Below, piece after piece: positions 21,404 through 33,243 of a stretch of DNA of 39,450 bases. Under the pieces are notes generated by a model. The model saw only the letters and a program-made list of their open reading frames with translations, did not search any database and was not told the DNA's origin. The DNA is from Nemertoderma westbladi (Eukaryota > Animalia > Xenacoelomorpha). Position 1 is the first letter of the stretch. Every line of letters begins with the position of its first letter. Location of the stretch: positions 1 to 39,450 of the forward strand of contig JAUCBJ010006633.1 of NCBI GenBank assembly GCA_032718475.1, written 5' to 3'. The translations under genes were made by a program, and so were the position numbers.

Positions 21404-21604
21404 GTCGGTCGGTCGGTCGGTCGGTCGGTCGGTCGGTCGGTCGGTCGGTCGGTCGGTCGGTCGGTCGGTCGGTCGGTCGGTCGGTCGGTCGGTCGGTCGG
21501 TCGGTCGGTCGGTCGGTCGGTCGGTCGGTCGGTCGGTCGGTCGGTCGGTCGGTCGGTCGGTCGGTCGGTCGGTCGGTCGGTCGGTCGGTCGGTCGGTCGG
21601 TCGG
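21404..21604. repeat. Perfect (GTCG)n microsatellite, ~50 units
   Basis: Uninterrupted tetranucleotide run read directly. Confidence 0.98.
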
Positions 21605-22295
21605 CTCCCAACCTCTATAGTTGGTCATGGGCCATTATTGAAGGTGTGGTAGAATCACGCACAACATTTTTGAACCCTCCGTTCCGGGTAGAAATTCGCC
21701 ACATCCCATCAGCCAATTCAGCCCCTCCCATCATCTTTATCTATATTTTCCTCATATTATCTTTCCATCACCGCACCATTTTTTAATTAAATATATACGG
21801 GTTAGTAAAGCCAGTGCATACGATCACGAGAAATTCGATTGAACTTTACAGTAATTAATAAATGCTTGCGGGATACGGCCGGCCACCTGACGGCATGGGA
21901 GCTAGCGGCGTTTACTCCCACTTATGGCGGGCCTTCGCTCCTGTAGGAGCCCTCAGAGGAAGTTAGTAGGATCATCACGCTCCATGTATGCTCCTTAGTG
22001 GCTTTCTCTTTATCGATTTATTTTTTTTAATAGTCGCCATGAATAATGGCCGTAAAACTTAAACACCTGGGCGTTAGGACCGGGGCGAACTTTCGACCAC
22101 TGACAGTTTTTTTACCTTATTAACTCATTATAATAATGTCAGTTGAAGGAAGACGCCATGACACTGTTTACCGTTCGATTCTTTGATAAATATTCCGTCG
22201 GAATTGGGCATGTAGTAAGTAGCACTAGACTAGAGTTTTCCTTATTTTCATTATAGATTCAATAAAAACACGTTCGGGGAGGCCTTCGCGCAGCT

Positions 22296-22573
22296 CGAAG
22301 TGAGCAAAGCCTTTAGCATATGGGTACCATTAACGATTTGTCTGCTGTTAGTCAGAAGTCTTCAACACAATACTCGTCATCCTCTTGTGCCCCGTTGCGT
22401 TCGTTCGTTTTTGACCAAACTTCAGATTATTCTTTCTAAACTTTTGACGGACTACATACGTACCAAGTTTCGTTTAATTTCATCGAAGAATAACCGAGTT
22501 ATTAGCGATAAAAAATTTACGACGACAGACAACTCGCCAATGGCACCCATATGCTAAGGCTTCGCTCACTTCG
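22296..22573. mobile_element. Short element with ~48-bp inverted repeats (MITE or Helentron/HINE-like)
   Basis: CGAAGTGAGCAAAGCCTTTAGCATATGGGTACCATT..TTGTCTG (22296-22344) is the imperfect reverse complement of 22526-22573. Confidence 0.6.
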
Positions 22574-23031
22574 TGGCTCGTCCCACAATGTTAATGCTAT
22601 GAATTGCTATCATACCAGCAATATATATATATATAATTGAAGTATAATCTTCGTTAATTAAAGAAATGTATATGTAGTACGGTTACTTAACATCGACACT
22701 AATTACTCGGATATTTAAAAAATTTTTGGTTTGTTATTATTATCTTGGATGTTAATTTAATAATTCATGTACAGCCACGCCTTATTAATTCACTATCACC
22801 TCGTTACAAATAAATGCTGCCATTATTATTAAGAATGGACGTATGTGTTTGCCTAGGGTGTTTGTTCATTTGATTTGGACGGGAGAGAAATCCCTTAATT
22901 AGGCGAAATCTCGTATCCGGGTTAGTTATTTAATATGTATTTGTTATTCATATACGCTTGCAACGTGCCAGTCACCATTTAGCAATAAGGTCACTGAGTC
23001 TCATTTGATTCCTGATATCTTCTGTCTTTAG

Positions 23032-23260
23032 AAAAAGCACGGGGAGATGATATACTCTGGATCATTGCGTAATGAGGCTCTGTTCCAACAGTGGTCCTTA
23101 GACAAGTGTATACCTCTAGTGCGGGAGATTAGCTTCGACAACGCGGAGGAACTTACGGAGGAGGGGTTGCCCTTTCTCATCCTGTTTCATCATCCAGAGG
23201 ACACCGCCACTTGCGAAGCCTTCCACACCGAGGTGGCCAAGCAGCTAATCCATGAGAAAA
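23032..23260 (+). CDS. ERP44: ERp44 (ER-resident PDI-family protein) internal exon, phase 0 to 1
   Basis: Acceptor tctgtctttAG and donor GTAAGT. Encodes KKHGEMIYSG...WSLDKCIPLVREISFDNAEELTEEGLPFLILFHHPED...KQLIHEK, matching the ERp44 signature DKCVPLVREITFENxEELTEEGLPFLILF. Confidence 0.95.
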
Positions 23261-23680
23261 GTAAGTTCAGTTCAGTAATGATATATGTAAAAGCTTTCTT
23301 GATCAACCCTCTATAATACCGTAGATGTCTTATTATTTTTAGTTAAAGTACATTGATTGACAACTCGAAAGATATTGCTGGACAACTCATATCAACATTT
23401 TTTTTCACAAAAACACTAATTAATTTGGCATGTAATCCCAACCTTACGACGTAATCTAAGGACTTGATTTCGGACACAAATTGTCTTGACCGAACACGAG
23501 TTTTACTTACACAAGTCTTCCGTTCACGAGTTGAACTGGCTTCACGAGTTTTCTGTATCCCATCATATTTTGTGATAAATTTATCTCAGCGAGTTGAGAG
23601 AGAGTTACACTTAGCTTATGTGTGATACGTAAGCCAAACGTAAGCTAGCTTTTTTTAAAGTTCCCAATAATGAGAAACAG

Positions 23681-23890
23681 GGGTGTTGGACAATTCTGTC
23701 CTTCACAACTCTACCCCAGACAATTCTCACCCATACAATTCGGTCCCATACAATTCGTTCCCATACAATAATTTGGTACCAGACAATTCGGTCCCAAGCA
23801 ATTCGGCCTAGACAATAATTGGACCCAGACAATTCGGTCCCATGCTATTCCGTCACATGCTTTTCGTCCCAGCAATATGGTCCCAGACTA
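23681..23890. repeat. Degenerate ~15-bp tandem array (GACAATTCGGTCCCA), probably the terminal region of a DNA transposon
   Basis: About 13 imperfect units beginning GGGTGTTGGACAATTC. No partner end identified. Confidence 0.6.
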
Positions 23891-24441
23891 TATGGTTATT
23901 CTTAATATGTACTTTTCGATGGAATTGGTAAGTGACCAATTTGCATATTTACCGACGACTCTGTATAATTAATTGCTTTAATAAGAAGATCTTTACACGC
24001 TTGTCATCTCTGGTTAATGAGTTTTCCCATTATGTAGCATTAATAAGATATCCATCACGACACAACCTTAGGTTTTTCTTTATCTTATACGGATATGGGG
24101 TTTCTCTGGGTCGTTTATGAAGTTACTTCTTATTGTTTGCTCCCCGAACAGCTAGCAGGAAGCGTGTCGGTAATGTCAGAATAAATCAATTAGACACCAC
24201 CAGTCTCTCTGCGTTACTTCTCTCTATTGTGTTAAAGTTTCCGAGTTGGCAAATAGAACTGAATGGATATCGAGGTTAAAAGCTCGAGGTTGTCGGCTAA
24301 ATAGATTTACTGATTGCGAAATTGCCTAAAGTGCAGTTTCAGGGGATCACCATAGACACTGCAGTTGATTGGTAATAAATATTGATTCCATAATAGCATT
24401 TTAACGGCTACAACAAACTGTACAGTACCTAAGCCAAAGAT

Positions 24442-27400
24442 TGCATGTTCACGACCATGGGTGATCAGCGATCTTCCACAGTAAACCATTCCACTCTGTT
24501 TCCTAAAGGAATGCCTGTTTACCTCCATGGGTGATCTTCCACAGTAAACCCTTCCACTCTGTTTCCTAAAGGAATGCCTGTTCACCACCATGGGTGATCT
24601 TCCACAGTAAACCCTTCCACTCTGTTTCCTAAAGGAATGCCGGTTTACCTCCATGGGTGATCTTCCACAGTAAACCCTTCCACTCTGTTTCCTAAAGGAA
24701 TGCCTGTTCACCACCATGGGTGATCTTCCACAGTAAACCATTCCACTCTGTTTCCTAAAGGAATGCCTGTTTACCACCATGGGTGATCTTCCACAGTAAA
24801 CCCTTATACTCTGTTTCATAAAGGAATGCCTGTTCACCACCATGGGTGATCTTCCACAGTAAACCCTTCTACTCTGTCTCATAAAGGAATGCCTGTTCAC
24901 CACCATGAGTGATCTTCCACAGTAAACCCTTCCACTCTGTTTCCTAAAGGCATTCCTGTTCACCACCATGGCTGATCATCCACAGTAAACCCTTCCACTC
25001 TGTTTCCGAAAGGAATGCCTGTTTACCACCATGGGTGATCTTCCACAGTAATCTCCTCTTCTCTGTTTCCAAAATGAATGCAGTTGTCCACCACCATGGG
25101 TGATCTTCCACAGTAAACCCTTCCACTATGTTGCCTAAAGGAATTCCTGTTCACCACCATGGGTGATCTTCCACAGCAAACCCTTTCACTCTGTTTCCTA
25201 AAGGAATGCATGTTCACCACCATGGGTAATCTTCCACTGTAAACCCTTCCACTCTGTTTCCTAAAGGAATCCCTGTTCAACACCATGGGTGATCTTCCAC
25301 AGTAAACCCTTCCACTCTGTTTCCTAAAGGATTGCCTGTTCACCACCATGGGTGATCTTCCACAGTAAACCCTTCCACTCTGTTTCCTAAAGGAATTCCT
25401 GTTCACAACCATGGGTGATCTTCCACAGCAAACCCTTTCACTCTGTTTCCTAAAGGAATGCATGTTCACCACCATGGGTAATGCTCCACTGTAAATCCTT
25501 CCACTCTGTTTCCTAAAGGAATCCCTGTTTAACACCATGGGTGATCCTCCACAGTAAACCCTTCCACTCTGTTTCCTAAAGGAATGCCTGTTCACCACCA
25601 TGGGTGATCTTCCACAGTAAACCCTTCCACTCTGTTTCCTAAAGGAATGCATGTTCACCACCATGGGTAATCTTCCACAGTAAACCCTTCCACTCTGTTT
25701 CCTAAACGAATTCCTGTTCACCACCATGGGTGATCTTCCACAGCAAACCCTTTCACTCTGTTTCCTAAAGGAATGCCTGTTCACCACCATAGGTGATCTT
25801 CCACAGTAAACCCTTCCACTCTGTTTCCTAAAGGAATGCCTGTTTACCTCCATGGGTGATCTTCCACAGTAAACCCTTCCACTCTGTTTCCTAAAGGAAT
25901 GCCTATTTACCTCCATGGGTGATCTTCCACAGTAAACCCTTCCACTCTGTTTCCTAAAGGAATGCCTGTTCACCACCATGGGTGATCTTCCACAGTAAAC
26001 CCTTCCACTCTGTTTCCTAAAGGAATGCCGGTTTACCTCCATGGGTGATCTTCCACAGTAAACCCTTCCACTCTGTTTCCTAAAGGAATGCCTGTTCACC
26101 ACCATGGGTGATCTTCCACAATAAACCCTTCTACTCTGTTTCATAAAGGAATGCCTGTTCACCACCATGGGTGATCTTCCACAGTAAACCCTTCTACTCT
26201 GTCTCATAAAGGAATGCCTGTTCACCACCATGAGTGATCTTCCACAGTAAACCCTTCCACTGTGTTTCCTAAAGGCATTCCTGTTCACCACCATGGCTGA
26301 TCATCCACAGTAAACCCTTCCACTCTGTTTCCGAAAGGAATGCCTGTTTACCACCATGGGTGATCTTCCACAGTAATCTCCTCTTCTCTGTTTCCAAAAT
26401 GAATGCAGTTGTTCACCACCATGGGTGATCTTCCACAGTAAACCCTTCCACTATGTTGCCTAAAGGAATTCCTGTTCACCACCATGGGTGATCTTCCACA
26501 GCAAACCCTTTCACTCTGTTTCCTAAAGGAATGCATGTTCACCACCATGGGTAATCTTCCACTGTAAACCCTTCCACTCTGTTTCCTAAAGGAATCCCTG
26601 TTCAACACCATGGGTGATCTTCCACAGTAAACCCTTCCACTCTGTTTCCTAAAGGATTGCCTGTTCACCACCATGGGTGATCTTCCACAGTAAACCCTTC
26701 CACTCTGTTTCCTAAAGGAATTCCTGTTCACAACCATGGGTGATCTTCCACAGCAAACCCTTTCACTCTGTTTCCTAAAGGAATGCATGTTCACCACCAT
26801 GGGTAATGTTCCACTGTAAACCCTTCCACTCTGTTTCCTAAAGGAATCCCTGTTTAACACCATGGGTGATCCTCCACAGTAAACCCTTCCACTCTGTTTC
26901 CTAAAGGAATGCCTGTTCACCACCATGGGTGATCTTCCACAGTAAACCCTTCCACTCTGTTTCCTAAAGGAATGCATGTTCACCACCATGGGTAATCTTC
27001 CACAGTAAACCCTTCCACTCTGTTTCCTAAACGAATTCCTGTTCACCACCATGGGTGATCTTCCACAGCAAACCATTTCACTCTGTTTCCTAAAGGAATG
27101 CCTGTTCACCACCATAGGTGATCTTCCACAGTAAACCCTTCCACTCTGTTTCCTAAAGGAATCCCTGTTTAACACCATGGGTGATCCTCCACAGTAAACC
27201 CTTCCACTCTGTTTCCTAAAGGAATGCCTGTTCACCACCATGGGTGATCTTCCACAGTAAACCCTTCCACTCTGTTTCCTAAAGGAATGCATGTTCACCA
27301 CCATGGGTAATGTTCCACTGTAAACCCTTCCACTCTGTTTCCTAAAGGAATCCCTGTTTAACACCATGGGTGATCCTCCACAGTAAACCCTTCCACTCTG

Positions 27401-27785
27401 TTTCCTAAAGGAATGCCTGTTCACCACCATGGGTGATCTTCCACAGTAAACCCTTCCACTCTGTTTCCTAAAGGAATGCATGTTCACCACCATGGGTAAT
27501 CTTCCACAGTAAACCTTTCCACTCTGTTTCCTAAACGAATGCCTGTTCACCACCATAGGTGATCTTCCACAGTAAACCCTTCCACTATGTTCCCTAAAGG
27601 AATGCCTGTTCACCACCATGGGTGATCTTCCACAGTAAACCCTTCCACTCTGTTTCCTAAAGGAATACCTTTTCACCACCATGGGTGACCTTCCACAGTA
27701 AACCCTTCTCCTCTCTGTTTCTTAAAGGAATGCCTATTCACCACCATGGGTGATCTTCCACAGTAAACCCTTCTACTCTGCTTCC
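24442..27785. repeat. 63-bp minisatellite (~53 copies) in an ERp44 intron
   Basis: Unit CCATGGGTGATCTTCCACAGTAAACCCTTCCACTCTGTTTCCTAAAGGAATGCCTGTTCACCA. A diagnostic variant unit recurs at 25051 and 26376. Confidence 0.97.
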
Positions 27786-27897
27786 CAAGTTACCTTGGGA
27801 TGAAAGGCCTGCGTTGGGCTAGGCTGCACCATTTAATGCCGCTTGGACATATTATTATTGGAATTTTATAACAGTATTCTTCACGGGAGACTATTTA

Positions 27898-28298
27898 CCG
27901 TATTTCTTCGAATAAGAGCCTGGGCTGGGCGTGTAAGTTTATAAATTGTTAATTGGGGAGGCGTTTATTCGAGGGGGGCGTTTATTTGGGGAAGGCGTTT
28001 AACTTCCAAATTGTGTGGTTCGAGGGGGGGTTTTTATGTTTATGTTCTAGATTTGCAGCATTTTTTAAACTAAATACCGTAATAAAGAATGTTGTAAAAT
28101 TAAGAAATAATTCAAATAATACCAGGATTATCTTTATTACACATACTGCCTATTACCGCGGTACAACACCATACACATGATATTAGGCCCTATATTATAT
28201 TAATGATAATCGTGTGCTAGAGGCATCGCTCACTAATCGTTGCTCGCCCCACATTGTAATATTATTAAACGCCGGGGCGTTTATTCGGAGAAGACGTT
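27898..28298. mobile_element. Degenerate Tc1/mariner-type MITE
   Basis: TA|CCGTATTTCTTCGAATAAGAGCC ... GGCGTTTATTCGGAGAAGACGTT|TA imperfect TIRs, with internal GGCGTTTATT repeats. Confidence 0.6.
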
Positions 28299-28644
28299 TA
28301 AGTTGCTAATTTGATGGTAACTTGTACTTTACTACAATTTTAATTTAGCTTAATTAACAAATTGTAACCTTGCGAAACTGAATGACTCACCGGATTACAA
28401 AATGTACATAAAACGTTTGTTACTAAAAAAAGTGTAATTTTAGGTGAAATTTCTAAAATTTTACAATAGGAATTAATAGGGGACCACAAAGTATAAGCCG
28501 AAAGGGTATGCTCATTGCTCATCCAAAGTTTATACATATACAATTAATGTTTGCTGTAGTGTAAGATTAGCGTAATGTATTTGAATTCGCATTTGTGGGT
28601 CCAAAGGTCGTGGCTTTGGCCCCCCAAAGAGGCCACAAGTTCAG

Positions 28645-29037
28645 AGGGACTAACCAGGGCGCCTATCTGCATTGCATCTTAAAATGGTAGCTATAGATGA
28701 ATAACAATTATTATCTGGGTGGTACAGTAACAGTTCCCACTGGAAATAACGTCCAGAGTTGTGCGTGATGGGACAAGGGGAAACTCGACGCGAATTCCAT
28801 CTCAGCGAATTAATATCCCGTCTCGATATTAAATTCTCAATTTAAGGAAATTAACAGGTTACAATGGCAAGTTAAAAAATAAAAAAGTAAATTTTCTTCG
28901 GCCGCTAGGCCAGCACAAAGTCTGACGACTTATTTCCAGTGCGATCCCCCCAGTACTTTACTCCCCAGAGAAAACTCCAGTACTCATTTAGCTACCACTT
29001 AAGGATGCAAGGCAGAGATGCGCCCTGGCTGGTCCCT
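28645..29037. mobile_element. MITE with ~55-bp TIRs, Kolobok-like
   Basis: AGGGACTAACCAGGGCGC..TGCATCTTAAAATGGTAGCTA is inverted at 28988-29037. The right end reads CCCT|TTAA; the left TTAA is degenerate. Confidence 0.6.
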
Positions 29038-29061
29038 TTAAACATTCGTGCCGAAACGAAA

Positions 29062-29136
29062 ACTGCCCTGGCCCATGTCAGGATCGAACCCTCAACCTAC
29101 GGGAGATGTGAATTCAATGCAACCACTACACCAAGG
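29062..29136 (-). mobile_element. tRNA-derived SINE head or tRNA pseudogene
   Basis: Minus strand has A-box TGGTGTAGTGG (29133-29123) and B-box GGTTCGATCC (29090-29081), 32 nt apart. No clean cloverleaf. Confidence 0.55.
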
Positions 29137-30867
29137 TGGAACGTTATTCTAACCAAAACAATAAACTAAACACAATAGAAAAGGTTACAGCTTTATTTTT
29201 GGGAGTAATCTGCTGTTTTTGCGTGGATTCTCCCCTGGAGAGGGATGCATTTTACTTGCGTCGAAAGTCCGCCCTATCTGTGTGCAATACCTGGTCATAT
29301 GGTCGAATAAATTTATTTACTTATACTTAAATTTCTTTAATTTACCAGCTACCTAAACCGTAGCTAGTAATAATGTTTCCAGTAGAGCAGTCAGTCAGTC
29401 GGGTTATAGTTGTGCTTGAATGGCTCTGCTGAGGGGGCACCGTAAAATCTAAAATAGCGACCACGTTTACATCTTTAGTGATAACAAACATAGTAGCAAT
29501 TAGGCGTAATAAATTTGCCAATTTTACATTACTTCGGTCACCAATAGCCCCCCATCCAAATTCCCATGGAGCAAATGAAAGGCATAAATATGGGCGAGAT
29601 TTTACGTATTAAAGCGTTTTCTTATCATATATTTATAGAGCGGTAGCCACTGTTATATACCGGTAATGTAAAAGATTTAGTTTTATCAAAGTATTAATTG
29701 CTCAAAAAGGTCGATTTAAATGTGCATGTGCAAAATTTGTGAATTGCAAAAGTGCAAAAAGGGCAAATAGTTTTGACTTTGCCCCCTCAGTCCCCGTGCG
29801 CTAATGTTTCTCATTCTTTCTAATTTCTCAATTGAAGATGCTTCTTGGCAAATAGATGTTGTTGTGGACACGATTTTGACATGTTAATAACTTTGTCGGA
29901 TTTAAAGCTGTTGAGTTGAAAATTTGTAGGCATCAACTAAATCAATTAAATAATAAATTAAATCATAATTTAATTAAAGGTTGAGATTTTCAGACGCAAT
30001 AAGTTTAATAGTCTCCCGCTAGAGGGCTACATGTCTAAACAGTAAATCTGGGAAATCTGCATATATTTATAAGCAGTTTTTAACATTTATTTACATTTAA
30101 CATTTATAAGCATTTATAAGCATTATGATAAAGCAAATTATGCTTATAATCATAATTATAATTAGTATTATTAATATTATAATTAGAAGCCTTAGATTTA
30201 CTTGAATAATTATTTCGCTGTAAATTGTAATCATTAATATTATATTCACTGTAACGTAACGTAAGTAAGTCATTTGCTTTTAATTGAGTTTTAATTTTTT
30301 TTTTAGGGGGGGGGGGGGGGGGGGGGGGGGTTCTCTAATTCCGAAAAAGTCAATTTTTCAATTACAATACCGTAATCAATATCAATATCAATTCCCAATA
30401 TCAATAATCGTAATAGGCGATTCTTAATAAGAATGCCAAAGTGACCTGTGAAAGGGAGGTTATTAGGAAGGTTAACGTTATTTTATTATTGTCTATAAAT
30501 ACAGTTAAACCGGTAACCTACCTACAGTACGTAAGCAGACTGTCTGGTATGTGTTAAATATTGTGTTTTCCATTTATAATTAATTTTAATTCTAAGCATT
30601 CCAGAATATCTAATTGCCAATAATGTAGGGCTAACCGCTCCGTTTTGTTCAAATGTAGCAACTGTAATTAAATGTAGCTACTGTAATTAAATTAGCTAAA
30701 TTAAATGTAGCTATAGTAATTATAATACAATTAGTAATTTAATATAAAAAGCATTCCAGAATATAAGATTGCGAATAATATAGTCACTATTTAAAAATGT
30801 AGGTACAGTAATTTAAATGTAGCTAGCTACCCGTACTATTTCGACCCAGCAAATTTAATAAAATCAT

Positions 30868-30919
30868 TGGTCGCAATTGTCCGGGTCGCAATTGTCCGGG
30901 TCTCAATTGTCCGGACACC
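30868..30919. repeat. Three 15-bp units GGTCGCAATTGTCCG ending GGACACC; probable DNA-transposon terminus
   Basis: Tandem units read directly. Preceded by AT-rich ~20-bp repeats (AAATGTAGCTACTGTAATT) at ~30650-30830. Confidence 0.5.
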
Positions 30920-31840
30920 GTTCAGAGGGCAGGAAGGTACGGACAGAGCCCCTAAAGGGACATAATTAAAAAAAACTAATATTACACCTGCGCGTTTATA
31001 AACGCAACACTAAATTGAAAAACTGTCTCTATATCCAACTAGTAATTCCTGTGAAGAATTAGACAACATGATAGCCCGTAGGCTTCTTTCTTGATACCGG
31101 TCTACGAATAATGGGAGAAACTTTCATTGTTTCATCATTGTATGATTACACCTTTATCTGTATCAATACGTACCTCGCTGTCTGCCTGACTTTCAGATCC
31201 TGCAGAGTGCAGACTGGTTGATGGATACAGATTGGTTTAAAATATTTGTTTAAATCAACTATTTCCATCTGGATATAGGCGGTTTTGAAATTATAGCGTT
31301 TTCTCAGAATAGCTAAAAGGGTATATATTCGGTTTGAGTATACATGATGTGGCTAGTTAATATATATACTGTGTTTTCCAGGTGCGGGATTTTCAATAGC
31401 CTTTCGTGATGAATATTTTTGCGATCAGCAATATTTTGTTGTTCAGCTAAACTGCCATGTTATTCTCTCACAATAATAATATCAACCTTATCTTACTTTA
31501 CTTTCCACGTTATACTACTACTACTATAATATACTCAGCATTGCGTCGCTCACTCACAATACACTAGTGTTGTCTTAATCTTTCGTGTCCTTTAAACTGA
31601 ACAACATGTTTTTATGACTAGAACAATTAATTGAGAACGCTATTTTCCAATAGCGTTCCTATTTCTAGTGGTTGCCTAGCAATGCGTAATACAGTATGTA
31701 ACGCGGTTCTACCCTACCCATCTAAATGTGTTTTCCGATTTTCCGATACAATACAGGTTTTGGGGCTTTCGATCAGAATTTCAGTAGCAAAGCAATTTTA
31801 GTGAGTAATCACTATCGAGATCGTTGCGTGAAATGTTGCT

Positions 31841-31960
31841 CTTTTCAGCGTTATGACTCGGGTGTATTTATTTACCGAGAGATCACAGCGAGGGAGGTTT
31901 ACATAAATATACAAGGGTCATAAACGCTGAATAGTGTGTCCTTTTCATACAATAATGTAG
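31841..31960. mobile_element. Second, partial and inverted copy of the palindrome-rich element
   Basis: CTTTTCAGCGTTATGAC..TACCGAG..CAGCGAGGGAGGTTTACATAAAT.ACAAGGGTCAT is the diverged reverse complement of ~19420-19515. Confidence 0.7.
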
Positions 31961-32335
31961 TAAGGGATGTTCTGATTGCTGTATGTCTGCCTACTTTATC
32001 ACCTCGAACTATATAATAATTAATATTTCTCATAACTGTACCGGTAGGCACCTGTACGAGATATGAGAACTACCTGTATAACGTCACTAAATATTAACCA
32101 ACACTAGATGTTTTGAAGTAAATAGCTTTATTACTTTTGAGGCATGAGCTACAAATTGCACGATAACATTAACTACATATTGCAATCCGCTATCCTTTCA
32201 TAAGCGTGTAACTTCCATATATATTTTGTTGAAAATCAAAGGTTTTAATATACAAACCCTTAACCTTAAATCCTAACCGAATAATATTTTCCATATTCCA
32301 TTACCAGTGGTTTATTTTATTTTATAACTTTTTAG

Positions 32336-32477
32336 ATAACGTAAACTTTCTCACTGCCGATGGCCTCCAATTCGCACACCCTCTCCACCACCTTGGTAAA
32401 AGCGTGAAGGATCTACCGCTGTTAGCCATTGATTCATTCCGACACATGTACATATTTCCGGATATAAAAGAGCTCAA
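32336..32477 (+). CDS. ERP44: ERp44 internal exon (142 bp), phase 1 to 2
   Basis: Acceptor actttttAG and donor GTAAGT. In frame with the previous exon: (N)NVNFLTADGLQFAHPLHHLGKSVKDLPLLAIDSFRHMYIFPDIKEL, containing the ERp44 AIDSFRHMY motif. Not in the ORF track. Confidence 0.95.
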
Positions 32478-32907
32478 GTAAGTCATACACGGCTTAATAG
32501 CGCTAATGTTTCGGTAGTATAATACATATGAGGTAAACCTCTTTCATTGTGTTAGATGATATTATTTTTCATAAAGAGAAAGTTACATTAGCTAGGAATT
32601 CAATGTGCAATCGTTGCGGATATTAAAACGAACTCCATTTCATTTAATGTAACTGCGTTCCCATGGGCATTCACACCAGTTTCCTTTATTAGAGCACACG
32701 TTTTCACAAAGGGCTTGGTTTTCCATCTGATTTAATAAACTTTTAAAATACTATTTCACTGGCATCGAACGCATATCGAAAGTTCATCATCCTATACAGA
32801 TACACAATGTCCTGGAATGATAACTAGTATGTAATATGATAGTATCAAAGCAAGAGTACAGTTTCATTTAAATCGAAATTGACAAAAATCATTAGTAATT
32901 AATTATA

Positions 32908-33034
32908 TCAGTCAGCCAGCCAGTCAGCCAGTCAGCCAGTCAGTCAGTCAGTCAGCCAGCCACCAGCCAGTCAGCCAGTCAGTCAGTCAGTCAGCCAGCC
33001 ACCAGCCAGCCAGCCAGTCAGTCAGTCAGTCAGT
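32908..33034. repeat. Compound (CAGT/CAGC)n microsatellite
   Basis: Read directly; lies just upstream of an ERp44 acceptor. Confidence 0.9.
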
Positions 33035-33098
33035 ACTCTTTACCAACTATCCTTTACGCTTACACTATTTGTCTAAGAATTGTTTATTTTATTTGCAG

Positions 33099-33243
33099 TG
33101 TACCGGGTAAACTGCGCCGCTTCATTGAAGACTTACACAACGGTTCTTTACACAGACGCTTCCATGGGCAACCCGAGCCGGAGACAGATAGTGTACCACC
33201 TAGTGGAGGTGATCAACCGAAAGTGGCTGACAGTAAAGCCCCG
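33099..33243 (+). CDS. ERP44: ERp44 internal exon (145 bp), phase 2 to 0
   Basis: Acceptor tatttgcAG and donor GTGAGT. In frame: (N)VPGKLRRFIEDLHNGSLHRRFHGQPEPETDSVPPSGGDQPKVADSKAP, compare ERp44 PGKLKQFV.DLHSGKLHREFH. The final exon with the ER-retention signal was not found in the window. Confidence 0.92.

Noticed and set aside
21333-21786. PTDR and SVGR repeat ORFs
   Set aside because: Artefacts of the stop-free (GTCG)n microsatellite.
23261-23316. 3' extension of ORF 23047-23316 as coding
   Set aside because: ERp44 similarity stops at the GTAAGT donor (23261), and the frame continues correctly in the exon at 32336.
24307-27682. 220, 423 and 444-aa repeat ORFs as protein-coding genes
   Set aside because: Derived from a 63-bp minisatellite; not called CDS without expression evidence, and kept only as a finding.
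27786-27840. GCCTTTCATCC on the minus strand as a SINE core domain from which the 63-bp unit arose
   Set aside because: Only an 11-bp motif recalled from memory, with no adjacent A/B boxes.
23681-30919. GGGTGTTGGACAATTC and CAATTGTCCGGACACC as two ends of one 7.2-kb transposon
   Set aside because: Repeat units differ and the flanks show no target-site duplication.
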